Below are positions 26,233 to 37,617 of a DNA stretch of 52,105 nt, piece by piece. A program made the position numbers and the translations under genes. The stretch is from Clostridia bacterium (GTDB lineage: Bacteria; Bacillota; Clostridia; RUG12999): assembly GCA_045534775.1 (NCBI GenBank), contig JAZSKI010000017.1:1-52105 (forward strand), given 5' to 3'. The notes below the pieces were generated by a model that was not told where the DNA came from, ran no database searches, and saw only the letters and a list, made by a program, of their open reading frames with translations. Within the stretch, counting starts at the first letter, position 1. Every line of letters begins with the position of its first letter.

Positions 26233-27903
26233 TTAGAAAAGTCCTGTAATCACATCGTCCCCGTCAATATCTATATTATTTGCCGCAGGTACCTTCGGAA
26301 GCCCGGGCATTGTCATTATATCTCCCGTCAGGGCTACTATAAAGCCCGCACCTGCCGAAAGTCTTACCTGTGTAACTGTCATATCGAAGTTTTCAGGTCG
26401 TCCTAAAAGAGCGGGGTTATCAGAAAGAGAATACTGATTTTTCGCCATACACACAGGCAAATCGCCGTACCCCATTTTCTCAATATCCTCTATGCTCTTT
26501 ATCGCCGCAGGCTCGTAGTGTACATTGTTCCCGCCGTAAACTTCATTTACTACAGCCTTAATTTTATCCTTTACAGGCATATTAAGCTCATAGAAGGGTT
26601 TGTATTTCGGATTTTCATTTTCTGTAGCTTCGATTATCTTTTCCGCAAGAGCTATGCCGCCTTCGCCGCCTTTGACAAAGACATCGCTTTCTACGCAAGC
26701 TACGCCGTATTTTTCACAAAATTCCTTTACGGCAGCTATTTCCTTTTCCGTATCCGTATAGAATTTATTAAGAGCTACTATAGGCTTAATTCCCGTTTTC
26801 AGTATATTTTCAATATGCTTGCCTAAATTGGGCATACCCTTCATAAGTGCATCGTAGTTTTCGTCTTTTAAATCCTCTTTTTTAACGCCGCCGTTATACT
26901 TTAACGCTCTGATTGTGGCTACAATAACTATAGCCTGAGGATTTAAGCTCGCCTGACGGCATTTAATATCAAGGAATTTTTCGCCGCCCAAATCCGCACC
27001 GAAGCCTGCTTCTGTTATACAGTAATCACCTAATTTAAGTGCAAGCCTCGTAGCTCGTACGCTGTTACAGCCGTGAGCAATATTCGCAAAGGGTCCGCCG
27101 TGGATAAGGCAGGGCGTGTTTTCAAGAGTCTGTACAAGGTTCGGGTTAACAGCATCCTTGAGAAGCACCGTCATAGCGCCTACCGCCTCTAAATCCTCTG
27201 CGGTAACGGGTTTGTTATCATAGGTATACGCCACTATTATCTTTGCAAGACGTTTTTTCAAATCCTTTATATCTTGTGCCAGACAAAGTATCGCCATAAT
27301 CTCCGAAGCTACGGTTATCATAAATCCGTCCTGTCGGGTGACACCGTCAGCCTTCCTGCCGAGACCTACAACAACATTACGGAGGGCTCTGTCATTCATA
27401 TCAAGAACACGTTTCCAGACGATTCTCTCAGGGTCAATTCCAAGTGCATTTCCCTGATGAATATGGTTATCTATCATAGCGGAAAGCAGATTGTTCGCGG
27501 CTGTCATAGCGTGAATATCTCCCGTAAAATGCAGGTTTATATCCTCCATAGGCACTACCTGAGAATATCCGCCGCCGGCGGCTCCGCCTTTTATACCGAA
27601 AACAGGTCCGAGAGACGGTTCTCTTATGGCAATAACCGCATTTTTACCCATTTTGCATAAAGCCTGTCCAAGTCCAACGGTAGTTGTGGTTTTACCCTCT
27701 CCTGCAGGTGTAGGGTTAATAGCCGTCACCAAAATAAGCTTTCCGTCCTTCTTATCCTTCAGTCTGCTGAAAATATTGTCATTAACCTTTGCTTTGTACT
27801 TTCCGTACAGCTCCAGCTCATCTTCGCTGATTCCTATCTTTTTCGCAATTTCCGAAATTGGCAGCATTTTACACTCTCTGGCAATTTCAATATCTGTTTT
27901 CAT
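26233..27903 (-). CDS. fhs: Formate--tetrahydrofolate ligase
   Basis: 556 aa. [15 protein letters not shown] and [14 protein letters not shown] signatures. Confidence 0.95.
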   Translation of the reverse strand: MKTDIEIARECKMLPISEIAKKIGISEDELELYGKYKAKVNDNIFSRLKDKKDGKLILVTAINPTPAGEGKTTTTVGLGQALCKMGKNAVIAIREPSLGPVFGIKGGAAGGGYSQVVPMEDINLHFTGDIHAMTAANNLLSAMIDNHIHQGNALGIDPERIVWKRVLDMNDRALRNVVVGLGRKADGVTRQDGFMITVASEIMAILCLAQDIKDLKKRLAKIIVAYTYDNKPVTAEDLEAVGAMTVLLKDAVNPNLVQTLENTPCLIHGGPFANIAHGCNSVRATRLALKLGDYCITEAGFGADLGGEKFLDIKCRQASLNPQAIVIVATIRALKYNGGVKKEDLKDENYDALMKGMPNLGKHIENILKTGIKPIVALNKFYTDTEKEIAAVKEFCEKYGVACVESDVFVKGGEGGIALAEKIIEATENENPKYKPFYELNMPVKDKIKAVVNEVYGGNNVHYEPAAIKSIEDIEKMGYGDLPVCMAKNQYSLSDNPALLGRPENFDMTVTQVRLSAGAGFIVALTGDIMTMPGLPKVPAANNIDIDGDDVITGLF

Positions 27904-27928
27904 TTATATCCTTCCCTTCGCTTTAGTA

Positions 27929-28585
27929 TTATAAGCTTTTTAAAAATTCTTTTAACCTGCGGTAAATTATTTTATGTCCTTCATCCGAAGGATGTAATCC
28001 GTCAGGCATATATATTTCTCTTATCTCATCTGTTTCAGGGTTCATTCCGCCTGTTCTGTACAAATCCAGCACAGGTATTCCATAATATCCCGCCACGTGG
28101 ATTATTGCATCAACATAATCCTTTAATGTTCCCGCCGCACGGATTCCGATTTCGTTGTAATCCCGTTCTTCCTCCAGACGGTGAAGAGGTGTCATAACAA
28201 CAATTTGACCTCTTTTATATTTTTTAATTAAATCTGTATATAAATTATGTAATGCGCCATAAAAGGTATCATCTGTCCTGTCCTCCGGTTTTCCCATAGC
28301 GGCATCTCCATGCCCGAAATCGTTGGTTCCGCCGAAAACAACCACTACATCCGCATCCGCATCCATATCATCTATACGGCTTCTGAAATATTTATCAAAG
28401 CTTTCATCAGCCGGCTTCTGCTGTCTTGCTATTCTTGTTCCGCTGATACCGAAGCCCTTTACCTCACAGCCATCCTTTTCAATCAGCTTCCAATACACGT
28501 TATTTATATCTGATGGTCCGATTCCTTCTGTAATGCTGTCTCCCAGAAACAAAATCTTCTTATTTTTGATTTCCATTTCCGACAT
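27929..28585 (-). CDS. SGNH/GDSL-family hydrolase
   Basis: KKILFLGDSITEG (block I), GGTNDF (block III) and DGLHPSDEGH (block V). ATG 28585 follows AAAGGGGA. Confidence 0.85.
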   Translation of the reverse strand: MSEMEIKNKKILFLGDSITEGIGPSDINNVYWKLIEKDGCEVKGFGISGTRIARQQKPADESFDKYFRSRIDDMDADADVVVVFGGTNDFGHGDAAMGKPEDRTDDTFYGALHNLYTDLIKKYKRGQIVVMTPLHRLEEERDYNEIGIRAAGTLKDYVDAIIHVAGYYGIPVLDLYRTGGMNPETDEIREIYMPDGLHPSDEGHKIIYRRLKEFLKSL

Positions 28586-28644
28586 TTTCCCCTTTAATTT
28601 TTTAGTTAACCTTTTATTTCCGTTTTTACACATTATAAACAGGT

Positions 28645-28727
28645 TTATCCACAAACCAAGTCCGTTTTTAACAGTATTTTGTTAAATTATCCACATAGTT
28701 ATTAACTTTTACACAGCGTTATCCACA
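28645..28727 (+). promoter_or_regulatory. Cluster of three perfect DnaA boxes (TTATCCACA), same orientation
   Basis: Exact 9-mers at 28645..28653, 28687..28695 and 28719..28727. The first lies inside the spacer of a candidate minus-strand promoter (TTGGTT-16-TATAAT). Confidence 0.85.
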
Positions 28728-28736
28728 GAAAGTGGT

Positions 28737-29765
28737 TTACATAATAATGTTATCCCCAAGCTTAAGTGATGGGTAGGCATTAAGGCTTAAATCGCCTCTT
28801 ATGCCTTTTTTATACTCATAATATCCGCCGCAGGCTATCATGGCGGCGTTGTCCGTACAGAGTACGAGAGGCGGATAATAAGTAGAAATTTTATATTTTT
28901 TTGATTCCGCGTCCAAATTTTTTCTCAGCGCCGTATTAGCCGCAACTCCTCCTGCAAGGCAAATTTTATCGGTTTTTCTAAAAATTGCGGCTTTTACTGT
29001 ATTTTTAACCAGAATGTTAACCACAGCTTTCTGGAAGGATGCAGCTACATCCTCTTTGCAGACGGGTTCGTTTTTCTGCTCTGCTCTGTGTATATAATTC
29101 ATAACAGAAGTTTTAACGCCGCTAAAGCTGAAATCCAGGCTGTCTTTAAACTGTACCTGCGGAAATTTCAGTGCCTCAGCATTGCCTTTTTCGGCTGTTT
29201 TTTCAATAAGCGGTCCGCCGGGATAGCCAAGTCCCAGCACTCTTGCAATTTTGTCAAATGCCTCCCCTGCCGCATCGTCTCTGGTTCTGCCCATAATTTC
29301 AAATTCACCGTAGTCCTTCACATATACTATATGACTATGCCCGCCTGAAGCTACGAGACACACAAAGGGAGGTTCAAGGTCCTTATGAGCTATATAATTG
29401 GCACATATATGCCCTTCTATATGATGAACGGGGACAAGCGGCTTTTTAAGTGCATACGCCAGCCCTTTCGCATAGGATACACCTACAAGTAAGGCTCCTA
29501 CAAGACCGGGACCTGCGGTAACAGCTACTGCATCAATATCATCAAGCGAAAGTCCGCTTTCTTCTAAGCTTTTCTCCAAAACCGCATCTATTGCTTCCGT
29601 ATGTTTTCTTGATGCTATTTCGGGAACTACTCCTCCATATAATTTATGTATATCTATTTGTGTAGATATGACATTTGATAAAATCTTACGCCCCTGTGAC
29701 GAGATGGCAACAGAGGTTTCGTCACAAGAGCTTTCTATAGCTAATATAATAGGTTTTTCAATCAT
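28737..29765 (-). CDS. tsaD: tRNA N6-adenosine threonylcarbamoyltransferase TsaD (Gcp)
   Basis: [20 protein letters not shown] and GGVAAN motifs. ATGA overlap with the mnmE stop. Confidence 0.93.
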   Translation of the reverse strand: MIEKPIILAIESSCDETSVAISSQGRKILSNVISTQIDIHKLYGGVVPEIASRKHTEAIDAVLEKSLEESGLSLDDIDAVAVTAGPGLVGALLVGVSYAKGLAYALKKPLVPVHHIEGHICANYIAHKDLEPPFVCLVASGGHSHIVYVKDYGEFEIMGRTRDDAAGEAFDKIARVLGLGYPGGPLIEKTAEKGNAEALKFPQVQFKDSLDFSFSGVKTSVMNYIHRAEQKNEPVCKEDVAASFQKAVVNILVKNTVKAAIFRKTDKICLAGGVAANTALRKNLDAESKKYKISTYYPPLVLCTDNAAMIACGGYYEYKKGIRGDLSLNAYPSLKLGDNIIM

Positions 29766-31117
29766 TTTCCCACACAAAACTCCTTAAATATTTTGTCTAC
29801 TATCTCTTCCGATACAGTCATTCCCGTAACCTCACCCAGACCTTCAAGAGCCGTCTGTATGTCTACGGAGATACAATCGGCAGGAATCCCTGAGTTATAT
29901 GCTGTTTCTGCTTCACGCAGAATTTTAAGGGCTTTTGAAACAGCCTCAATATGTCTTATATTCGTTATGGTAACGCTGTTTTCAATTCCCACATTATCAA
30001 ACATATCAATAACAGCCTGTTTTAAAGCTTCTGTGCCCTCCCCTGTTTTCGCTGAAATTATAACCTTTTTACAGTCTATAAGCTTTGAATATTTATCGGA
30101 AGAATTTTTAATATCGGATTTATTAAGCACCATTATTACTTTTTTATCTTCCAGCTTTTTTATAATTTTCATATCCTCTTCATCGGGGGTATCGCTCATA
30201 TCGGCAATATATAACACCAAATCAGCTTTGTCTATTGATTTTATCGCTTTATCCACACCGATTTTCTCAACAGCATTATCCGTTTCTCTTATACCTGCCG
30301 TATCAATTAATTTAAGAGTTAATCTTCCCAGCTGCAGGTATTCCTCTACCGTATCTCTGGTAGTTCCTTCAATATCGGTTACGATTGCTCTTTCCTTTTG
30401 CAGCAGACAGTTAAGCAAGGATGATTTCCCTGCATTGGGTTTTCCCGCAATTACTGTTGAAATACCTTCTCTTATGTATTTCCCTGTTTCCGCAGTTTTG
30501 AGCAGATTTTCAAGGTTATCCGCAACCTCTTTTATATTTTCTTTAAATAATTCTTCAGAAAAACCGCTGACTCCCTCTTCGGGGAAATCAGCTTCCGCCT
30601 GAAGATATGCCATTATTTTTACCAGCTTTTCTCTGACTTCATTTATTTTTGAAGATAAGCTTCCCTCTAAATGATTTATACCTGTACTGAGGGCTGTTTC
30701 ATTTTTTGAATTTATTATATCTATTACAGCTTCCGCCTGTACCAAATCCAGTTTTCCGTTCAAAAAGGCACGTTTTGTAAATTCTCCGGCTTTAGCCTGT
30801 CTTGCCCCTGCCGAAAATAAAAGCTTCATTATACTGCGGACTACCGTCATTGACCCGTGACAGCTTATTTCCACCGTATTTTCGCCTGTATAGGTTTTGG
30901 GAGCTTTCATAACGGTTGCCAAAACCTGGTCTACTGTTTCTTCCCCGTCTTTTATTGTTCCGAAATGAACAGTATGACTTTCGGTTTTTTCCAAATCCGA
31001 GGAAAATATTTTATTACAAATTTTAATAGCTTCATCACCGCTTATTCTTATAACAGCAATTCCGCTTGTCCCTACCGGAGTTGCAAGTGCCGCTATTGTA
31101 TCAGAACCGTATTTCAT
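29762..31117 (-). CDS. mnmE: tRNA modification GTPase MnmE (TrmE/ThdF)
   Basis: 451 aa. [36 protein letters not shown] and C-terminal FCVGK. Confidence 0.95.
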   Translation of the reverse strand: MKYGSDTIAALATPVGTSGIAVIRISGDEAIKICNKIFSSDLEKTESHTVHFGTIKDGEETVDQVLATVMKAPKTYTGENTVEISCHGSMTVVRSIMKLLFSAGARQAKAGEFTKRAFLNGKLDLVQAEAVIDIINSKNETALSTGINHLEGSLSSKINEVREKLVKIMAYLQAEADFPEEGVSGFSEELFKENIKEVADNLENLLKTAETGKYIREGISTVIAGKPNAGKSSLLNCLLQKERAIVTDIEGTTRDTVEEYLQLGRLTLKLIDTAGIRETDNAVEKIGVDKAIKSIDKADLVLYIADMSDTPDEEDMKIIKKLEDKKVIMVLNKSDIKNSSDKYSKLIDCKKVIISAKTGEGTEALKQAVIDMFDNVGIENSVTITNIRHIEAVSKALKILREAETAYNSGIPADCISVDIQTALEGLGEVTGMTVSEEIVDKIFKEFCVGK

Positions 31118-31309
31118 ACTTTGCTCCCTCTATATGTCAAATATTTACTTTTTTCTGCATTTACAATAATATTATATCACAAACTTTATAATATATCAAT
31201 ATAAAATTAGTAAATTTTTTTAATTTTTGTATTGCTTATTTTTAAGTTTTGTGATATAATTATATATGGAGAAATTTTTTACTTAATTAAGATAAATGGA
31301 GTGAATACT

Positions 31310-32656
31310 ATGATAGATATTAATAAAATATGGGAAGAGACTTTAACCATACTTGAAGCAGAAGCTCCTTCGGTTGTTTCTTTTAATACATGGTATAAAC
31401 CTCTCGTTCCCGTAGCTTATGAAAACGGTACCTTTATCCTTGCCGTAAATGACGGATTTACGCAAAATATGATAAACGGTGTACATAATCCCCTTATTGC
31501 CAACGCCTTACAACAGGTACTGTCAGAGAAGGTTACGGTAAAAGTAATTCTTACCTCTCAGATTTCTGAATATAAAACAAAAATTGCAGATACAGAGCCT
31601 GTTCATGTTCACACCGCAGCTCCCATTAATGAAAATATCATTGGAATAAACCCTAAATATACCTTTGATAATTTCGTCGTAGGTTCAGGAAACAGATTTG
31701 CTCACGCGGCATCTCTTGCGGTTGCGGAAACTCCCTCTCAGGCCTGGAATCCTCTTTTCCTTTACGGTTGTTCGGGACTGGGTAAAACTCATCTTATGCA
31801 CGCTATAGGAAACTACATTGCTTCCATAAACCCGTCACTTAAAATAATGTATGTTTCTTCTGAGCTTTTTACAAATGAGCTTATTAACTCAATTAAAGAC
31901 AATACCAACGAATCCTTCAGAAATAAATATCGTATGATTGATGTTCTTTTGATTGACGACATACAGTTCATCGGCGGTAAAAAACAAACAGAAGAAGAAT
32001 TTTTTCATACGTTCAACCATCTCCATCAGGCGGACAAGCAGATAATTATATCCAGTGACCGTCATCCGAGAGAAATGAACACTCTTGAGGACCGTTTGAA
32101 ATCGAGATTTGAATGGGGTCTTACCTGTGATATTCAGCCACCCGATTATGAAACGAGACTTGCTATCCTGCAAAAGAAAATGCAAGCTCTTGAGGTTGAT
32201 GTTCCGGGTGATGTTCTTGATTATATTGCAAGCAATGTAAGTAACAATATAAGAGAGCTTGAAGGGGCTTTAACACGAATATCGGCTTTTGCCAAGCTCA
32301 ATAATCTTGAGCTGACGATGGATATGACCGAAAACGTATTGAAAGAATATTCGACGCAGAAAGCAAAAATTTATACTGTTGAGCAAATAAAAAAATATGT
32401 AACTGAATATTTTGATTTAGCTCCCAATGACCTGGATTCTAAAAAAAGAAACAAGGAAATTGCTTATCCGAGACAGCTGGCAATGTATATCTGTCGTGTG
32501 CTTCTTGATCTTTCTTATCCTCGAATAGGTCAGGATTTCGGACGTGACCACACTACGGTAATGTATGCTGAAGAAAAAATCAAAAGTGATATTCTTACCA
32601 ATAATGTTGTAAAAACTCACTATAACGATATTATGCAGGCTATACAGAAAAATTGA
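31310..32656 (+). CDS. dnaA: Chromosomal replication initiator DnaA
   Basis: NPLFLYGCSGLGKTHLMHA Walker A, sensor motifs and C-terminal DHTTVMYA DNA-binding signature. ATG 31310 follows GGAG. Confidence 0.97.
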   Translation: MIDINKIWEETLTILEAEAPSVVSFNTWYKPLVPVAYENGTFILAVNDGFTQNMINGVHNPLIANALQQVLSEKVTVKVILTSQISEYKTKIADTEPVHVHTAAPINENIIGINPKYTFDNFVVGSGNRFAHAASLAVAETPSQAWNPLFLYGCSGLGKTHLMHAIGNYIASINPSLKIMYVSSELFTNELINSIKDNTNESFRNKYRMIDVLLIDDIQFIGGKKQTEEEFFHTFNHLHQADKQIIISSDRHPREMNTLEDRLKSRFEWGLTCDIQPPDYETRLAILQKKMQALEVDVPGDVLDYIASNVSNNIRELEGALTRISAFAKLNNLELTMDMTENVLKEYSTQKAKIYTVEQIKKYVTEYFDLAPNDLDSKKRNKEIAYPRQLAMYICRVLLDLSYPRIGQDFGRDHTTVMYAEEKIKSDILTNNVVKTHYNDIMQAIQKN

Positions 32657-32915
32657 TTTATACACATTTTTAACAATCTCGTTGTTGAAATGTTAATAAT
32701 AAAATGTGAATTGATTTTTATTTAAAATTATGTCTCGGTTTTTATTAAGAAAATCTGCAGTTTTTTCCACACCCTGTGTTTATAAATTTTCACTATAATA
32801 TAACAAAATTTACAGTTTTCCACATTATCCATATCCCCTACTACTACTACGGTATATATAATAATTTATTTACATGCCATCAAGATGGCAAATATAATTA
32901 AAAGGACTGATATAA
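32657..32915 (+). promoter_or_regulatory. oriC: oriC unwinding region (dnaA-dnaN spacer): DnaA boxes, GC cluster, DnaA-trios, AT-rich DUE
   Basis: One-mismatch boxes at 32658..32666 (TTATACACA) and 32763..32771 (TTTTCCACA). Abutting pair at 32816..32824 (TTTTCCACA) and 32825..32833 (TTATCCATA). Then CCCC, (CTA)x4 at 32838..32849, and tatatataataatttattt. Confidence 0.8.
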
Positions 32916-34016
32916 ATGAAAATTTCATGTAATAACTATGATTTACTCGAAGCTTTACAGGCTACTCAGAAGGCTTCCTCTTCGAACACATCTTTTCCCG
33001 TACTTGAGTGTATTTTATTTGAAGCAAACGACGAAATAAAGCTTACGGGAAATAATCTTGAAATAGCTATTGAATATGCCGTTGAAGGTGATATTCTTGA
33101 AAAAGGACAAATAGCAGTTAACTCAAAAATTATTTGTGAAATTGTAAGAAGAATGCCCGAGGGTAATATTTTAATCGAAACTGCAGGTGAAAATGTCAGA
33201 ATTTCATGTGGAGAGCTTGAATTTAATATAACAAGCATAAGTGGAGACGATTTCCCTAAAATTCCTGAAATTAACACAATTAATAAAATAGATATTACAG
33301 CAGCTCAGTTAAATTCTCTCATTAAAACAACGTCCTTTGCCGTAGCTTTAAATGATATGAAGCCTATTTTAACAGGTATTAAGCTTGAATTTGATAATAA
33401 TAGCATAAAAGCAGTTGCTGTAGACGGATACAGACTTGCTCTTAAAAATATTATTACGGAAAATGTACTGCCGCAGTGCAGTTGCGTTGTGCCGGGTAAG
33501 TCGTTAACTGAATTCTGTAAAATTGCAGGTTCGTCAGATGATGAAATTACATTTAATATAGGTGATAAAAATGCACTTTTTGATTTTGGTAAATGTAAAT
33601 TTTTCACAAGACTTTTAGAAGGCGAATTTATTAATTATGCAGGAATTATACCTAAAGAACATAAATACAGCCTTAATGTGGAAGTGAAAGAGCTTATTAA
33701 AAGCGTTGACCGTGCAGCTCTTATGTCAGAATCCGATTCTAATAAAACTCCCATAAAGGTTGTATATGATGATAATAAAATGTCTGTTCTTTGCGTAACA
33801 CAAAGAGGAAGTGTAACAGATATACTTAACGTGAAATCTGTTGGTGAAGAGGTTATAGAAGTAGGATATAACTGTAAATATCTTTTAGATGCTCTTCGTG
33901 CGGCAGACTGCGATGAAGTTAAAATTGAAATAACAGGAAGTATTAATCCTACGGTTATTAAACCTGCTGAAGGCGACGATTTTATATTTATTGTCCTCCC
34001 CGTTCGATTAAAATAA
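32916..34016 (+). CDS. dnaN: DNA polymerase III beta sliding clamp
   Basis: 366 aa with three-domain clamp layout. Follows dnaA. Confidence 0.95.
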   Translation: MKISCNNYDLLEALQATQKASSSNTSFPVLECILFEANDEIKLTGNNLEIAIEYAVEGDILEKGQIAVNSKIICEIVRRMPEGNILIETAGENVRISCGELEFNITSISGDDFPKIPEINTINKIDITAAQLNSLIKTTSFAVALNDMKPILTGIKLEFDNNSIKAVAVDGYRLALKNIITENVLPQCSCVVPGKSLTEFCKIAGSSDDEITFNIGDKNALFDFGKCKFFTRLLEGEFINYAGIIPKEHKYSLNVEVKELIKSVDRAALMSESDSNKTPIKVVYDDNKMSVLCVTQRGSVTDILNVKSVGEEVIEVGYNCKYLLDALRAADCDEVKIEITGSINPTVIKPAEGDDFIFIVLPVRLK

Positions 34017-34028
34017 AAGGAGTATATT

Positions 34029-34247
34029 ATGGATATTAAAATAAATACACCGTTTATTAAGCTTGATCAGTTTTTAAAATTTTCAGGAATAGCAATGACC
34101 GGCGGAGAAGCAAAATTAATGATAACAGACGGTATTGTTTTCGTGAATGGTGTTCAGGCATCTCAAAGAGGAAAAAAAATATATCCGTCAGATGTTGTGG
34201 TAATAAAAGCTGATGACGGTGATATTACTGTTAATGTAGAAGGCTGA
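34029..34247 (+). CDS. yaaA: S4-domain RNA-binding protein YaaA
   Basis: 72 aa. I.L.QFLK..G...TGGEAK.......V.VNG. Conserved dnaN-yaaA-recF position. Confidence 0.85.
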   Translation: MDIKINTPFIKLDQFLKFSGIAMTGGEAKLMITDGIVFVNGVQASQRGKKIYPSDVVVIKADDGDITVNVEG

Positions 34248-34249
34248 AA

Positions 34250-35335
34250 ATGTATATTACAGATATTGAATTAAATAATTTCAGAAATTTTAAAAATCAA
34301 AAAATAAAATTAAATAAAGAAATTAATGTTTTTTACGGTAATAATGCGCAGGGAAAAACTAATCTTTTAGAGGCTGTTTATATGGTGTCTATGGGAAAAA
34401 GCTTCAGGTTCTGCAAAGATAAAGACATTATCTCTTTTGAAAAAGAACGTGCTGAAATAAACGTAGATTATTTCAGTAATAATATGATAAATAAAAATAC
34501 CGTTATTTTAAATAAAAACGAAAGAAAAATAATGAAAAAAAACGGATGTATTATTAAAAAAAGAATGGATTTTATAGGAAATCTGAATGTTATTCTTTTT
34601 ACTCCAGAGGAGCTTGAAATTGTAAAAGAAGGACCTTCTTACAGAAGAAAATTTTTGGATATATGTGCTTCTCAGCTGCGAAAAAAATATCTTTTTGCAT
34701 TATCTGATTATACGAAGGCTGTTGAACAAAAAAATAAATTACTTAAAGAAAATAATTTATCAACCCTGCCGATATGGAATGAAAGATTAGCCGAATACGG
34801 TAGCACAGTTTTATGGTACAGAATTTCTTTATTTAAAAGAATTAAAGAGATGATAAAGCCTGTTTATGGTGAAATAACTGATTTTAAAGAAGAATTAACA
34901 AGCTGTTATGTTAAAAGCTTTAAATTTGAAGATAATTTCTCAATTAAAGAAATTAAAACGGCTTTTTTAAAAGCTCTTAAAGAAAGAGAAAAAGATGAAA
35001 TAGAAGCTTCTGCTTCTTTGATAGGTCCCCACAGAGATGATATTATATTTTATATAAACGGGAAAAACGCAAAGCTTTTCGGTTCTCAGGGACAGCAAAG
35101 AAGTATTGTAGTTGCATTAAAGCTTGTACAGGCTGATTTGTTTTATGAAGAAACAGGCGAACATCCTGTTTTGTTGCTTGATGATATAGCAAGCGAGCTT
35201 GATGTTACAAGAAGAAATTTTTTGTTTGATAAAATAAAGAAAAAACAAGTTTTAATTACCTGTACTGATGCGGAGAAAATTGAAAATTCAGAAAATGCAG
35301 AATATTTCAGGGTTGATAAAGGAAGTATTAGTTAA
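34250..35335 (+). CDS. recF: DNA replication and repair protein RecF
   Basis: NFRN......L...INVFYGNNAQGKTNLLEA Walker A, GPHRDD and LLLDDI.SELD signature. Confidence 0.95.
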   Translation: MYITDIELNNFRNFKNQKIKLNKEINVFYGNNAQGKTNLLEAVYMVSMGKSFRFCKDKDIISFEKERAEINVDYFSNNMINKNTVILNKNERKIMKKNGCIIKKRMDFIGNLNVILFTPEELEIVKEGPSYRRKFLDICASQLRKKYLFALSDYTKAVEQKNKLLKENNLSTLPIWNERLAEYGSTVLWYRISLFKRIKEMIKPVYGEITDFKEELTSCYVKSFKFEDNFSIKEIKTAFLKALKEREKDEIEASASLIGPHRDDIIFYINGKNAKLFGSQGQQRSIVVALKLVQADLFYEETGEHPVLLLDDIASELDVTRRNFLFDKIKKKQVLITCTDAEKIENSENAEYFRVDKGSIS

Positions 35336-35410
35336 CAACAGTTAACCAATACTTAAAATGTTAATATAAAATGAAGTTATAATGTGTTAACTTATTAAAG
35401 GGGGTTGCTT

Positions 35411-35692
35411 ATGTTTTTACATCTCGGAAGTGATGTTATGGTCTTTGTCAAGGATATAATTGCTATTTTTGATTTTGAAACAACCACTTTATCTAAAATT
35501 ACGAGAGAGTTTTTAAGCATATCCGAAGAAGAAGAATTTATAATAAATGTATCTGAGGAGGATTTGCCTAAATCCTTTATAATAACAGAGGTAGACAGAA
35601 AAAGTAAAATTTATATATCGCCTATTTCTTCAGTTACTTTAAATAAAAGGTTTGAAGAAATTTACGGCGAAGATGTATATATATTTGAATAA
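35411..35692 (+). CDS. remB: DUF370 / RemB-like (YaaB) extracellular-matrix regulator family protein
   Basis: MFLHLG.D..V...DIIAIFD N-terminus. Conserved recF-remB-gyrB position. ATG 35411 follows AAGGGGG. Confidence 0.75.
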   Translation: MFLHLGSDVMVFVKDIIAIFDFETTTLSKITREFLSISEEEEFIINVSEEDLPKSFIITEVDRKSKIYISPISSVTLNKRFEEIYGEDVYIFE

Positions 35693-35703
35693 CGGAGGTA
35701 ATC

Positions 35704-37617
35704 ATGGATAATCAGAAAGTAAATTCAAATTATGATGAAAATTCCATACAGGTATTGGAGGGTCTTGAAGCCGTAAGAAAACGCCCCGGTATGTATATAG
35801 GAAGTACTTCATCAAGAGGCTTGCATCATCTTGTTTATGAAATCGTCGATAACAGTATTGACGAAGCTCTGGCCGGATATTGTAAAAATATCCTGGTAGA
35901 CATAAACGAGGATAATTCTATTACCGTATCAGATGACGGTCGTGGAATACCTGTAGGAATTCATCCTAAAATGGGTATTCCTACGGTAGAAGTAATTTTT
36001 ACCGTTCTCCACGCCGGCGGTAAGTTTGGCGGCGAAGGATATAAGGTATCAGGCGGATTGCACGGTGTTGGTGCGTCTGTAGTTAATGCTCTTTCAAGGT
36101 ATCTTGAGGTTGAGGTTTGTGACGGAAGTCATGTATATACTCAAAGGTATGAAAGAGGCATTACAGCTAAGAAAATGGGTATTATTGGTGATACCGAAAA
36201 AACAGGTACAAAAGTTACCTTTATGCCTGATGACGAGGTTTTTGAAACTATAGAATTTGAATATGATATTTTAAAAACAAGACTCCGCGAGCAAGCATTT
36301 TTAAATAAAGGTCTCAGAATTGTTCTGACGGATAAACGTACCGATCCCGTTACTACAGATGAGTTTAAGTATGACGGGGGTATTGTTTCATTTGTAGAAT
36401 ATATAAATAAGAATAAAGATGCTATTCACGAAAATGTAATATATTATGAAGCTGAAAAGAACGATGCAATGGTTGAAATTGCAATGCAATACACAACGGG
36501 CTATAATGAGAATATTGTAAGCTTTGCAAATAATATAAACACAGCCGAGGGCGGAACACACGAAACAGGCTTTAAAACAGCTCTTACAAAGGTTATCAAT
36601 GATTACGCAAAAAAATATAACATATTGAAGGAAAATGATAAAAATCTAACCGGCGAGGATGTCCGTGAAGGCTTAACGGCAGTTATAAGCGTAAAGCTTC
36701 GCGAAGCTCAGTTTGAGGGTCAGACCAAAACAAAGCTTGGTAACAGCGAAATTCGCAGTCTTGTAGATGGTGCCGTAAGCGAAAAATTTGAGGCTTTTAT
36801 GGAAGAAAATCCACAGATAGCTAAAACAATAGTTGATAAGGCAATGACAGCTTCAAGAGCAAGAGAAGCGGCGAAAAGGGCAAGAGATTTAACAAGAAGG
36901 TCTACTGCATTAGGTGGTCTTTCTATGCCTGAGAAATTGGCTGATTGCCGAATTAAAGAAGCAGCAGGAACAGAGATATATATCGTAGAGGGTGACTCTG
37001 CGGGTGGTAGTGCAAAGCAAGGAAGAGACAGTAGCTTCCAGGCTATCCTCGCCCTCTGGGGGAAGATGCTCAATGTTGAAAAATCAAGAGTTGATAAGGT
37101 TTTAAATAACGAAAAGCTTGAGCCTGTTATAAGAGCCCTGGGTGCGGGTATAGGCGAAGAATTTGATGTTTCTAAGCTGAGATATGAACGCGTTATAATA
37201 ATGGCCGATGCCGATGTTGACGGTGCTCATATAAGAACACTTCTTTTAACCTTCTTCTTCAGATATATGAGACCTCTTATAGAAAACGGAAATGTGTATA
37301 TAGCACAACCCCCTCTTTATAAGGTATATAAAGGAAAAAATGAAAAATATGCCTATAGCGATGATGAATTAAATGAAGCACTTAAAGAGATTGGTGAAGA
37401 TGCAAAAATCCAGCGATATAAAGGTCTCGGTGAAATGAATCCGCAGCAGCTTTGGGAGACTACAATGGACCCTGCTACAAGAACTATACTGAGAGTTGAA
37501 ATGGAAGATGCCATTGCGGCAGACGAAATATTTACAATTCTTATGGGTGATAAGGTAGAACCCAGACGTGAATTTATAGAAGTTAATGCTAAATATGTAA
37601 CTAATCTTGATATATAA
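35704..37617 (+). CDS. gyrB: DNA gyrase subunit B
   Basis: [41 protein letters not shown] and [14 protein letters not shown]. Confidence 0.97.
   Translation: MDNQKVNSNYDENSIQVLEGLEAVRKRPGMYIGSTSSRGLHHLVYEIVDNSIDEALAGYCKNILVDINEDNSITVSDDGRGIPVGIHPKMGIPTVEVIFTVLHAGGKFGGEGYKVSGGLHGVGASVVNALSRYLEVEVCDGSHVYTQRYERGITAKKMGIIGDTEKTGTKVTFMPDDEVFETIEFEYDILKTRLREQAFLNKGLRIVLTDKRTDPVTTDEFKYDGGIVSFVEYINKNKDAIHENVIYYEAEKNDAMVEIAMQYTTGYNENIVSFANNINTAEGGTHETGFKTALTKVINDYAKKYNILKENDKNLTGEDVREGLTAVISVKLREAQFEGQTKTKLGNSEIRSLVDGAVSEKFEAFMEENPQIAKTIVDKAMTASRAREAAKRARDLTRRSTALGGLSMPEKLADCRIKEAAGTEIYIVEGDSAGGSAKQGRDSSFQAILALWGKMLNVEKSRVDKVLNNEKLEPVIRALGAGIGEEFDVSKLRYERVIIMADADVDGAHIRTLLLTFFFRYMRPLIENGNVYIAQPPLYKVYKGKNEKYAYSDDELNEALKEIGEDAKIQRYKGLGEMNPQQLWETTMDPATRTILRVEMEDAIAADEIFTILMGDKVEPRREFIEVNAKYVTNLDI

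Noticed and set aside
29793-30602. 269-aa plus-strand ORF antisense to mnmE
   Set aside because: It lies entirely inside a strongly supported mnmE gene. Its Ser/Ile/Phe-rich low-complexity translation is typical of the antisense frame of an AT-rich gene.
31118-31309. Expected upstream DnaA-box cluster (incA/incB-like) in front of dnaA
   Set aside because: I scanned both strands by eye. The nearest candidates (ttatatcaca, tgtgatata) need an indel or at least four mismatches. I treat the region as a promoter-only AT-rich spacer.
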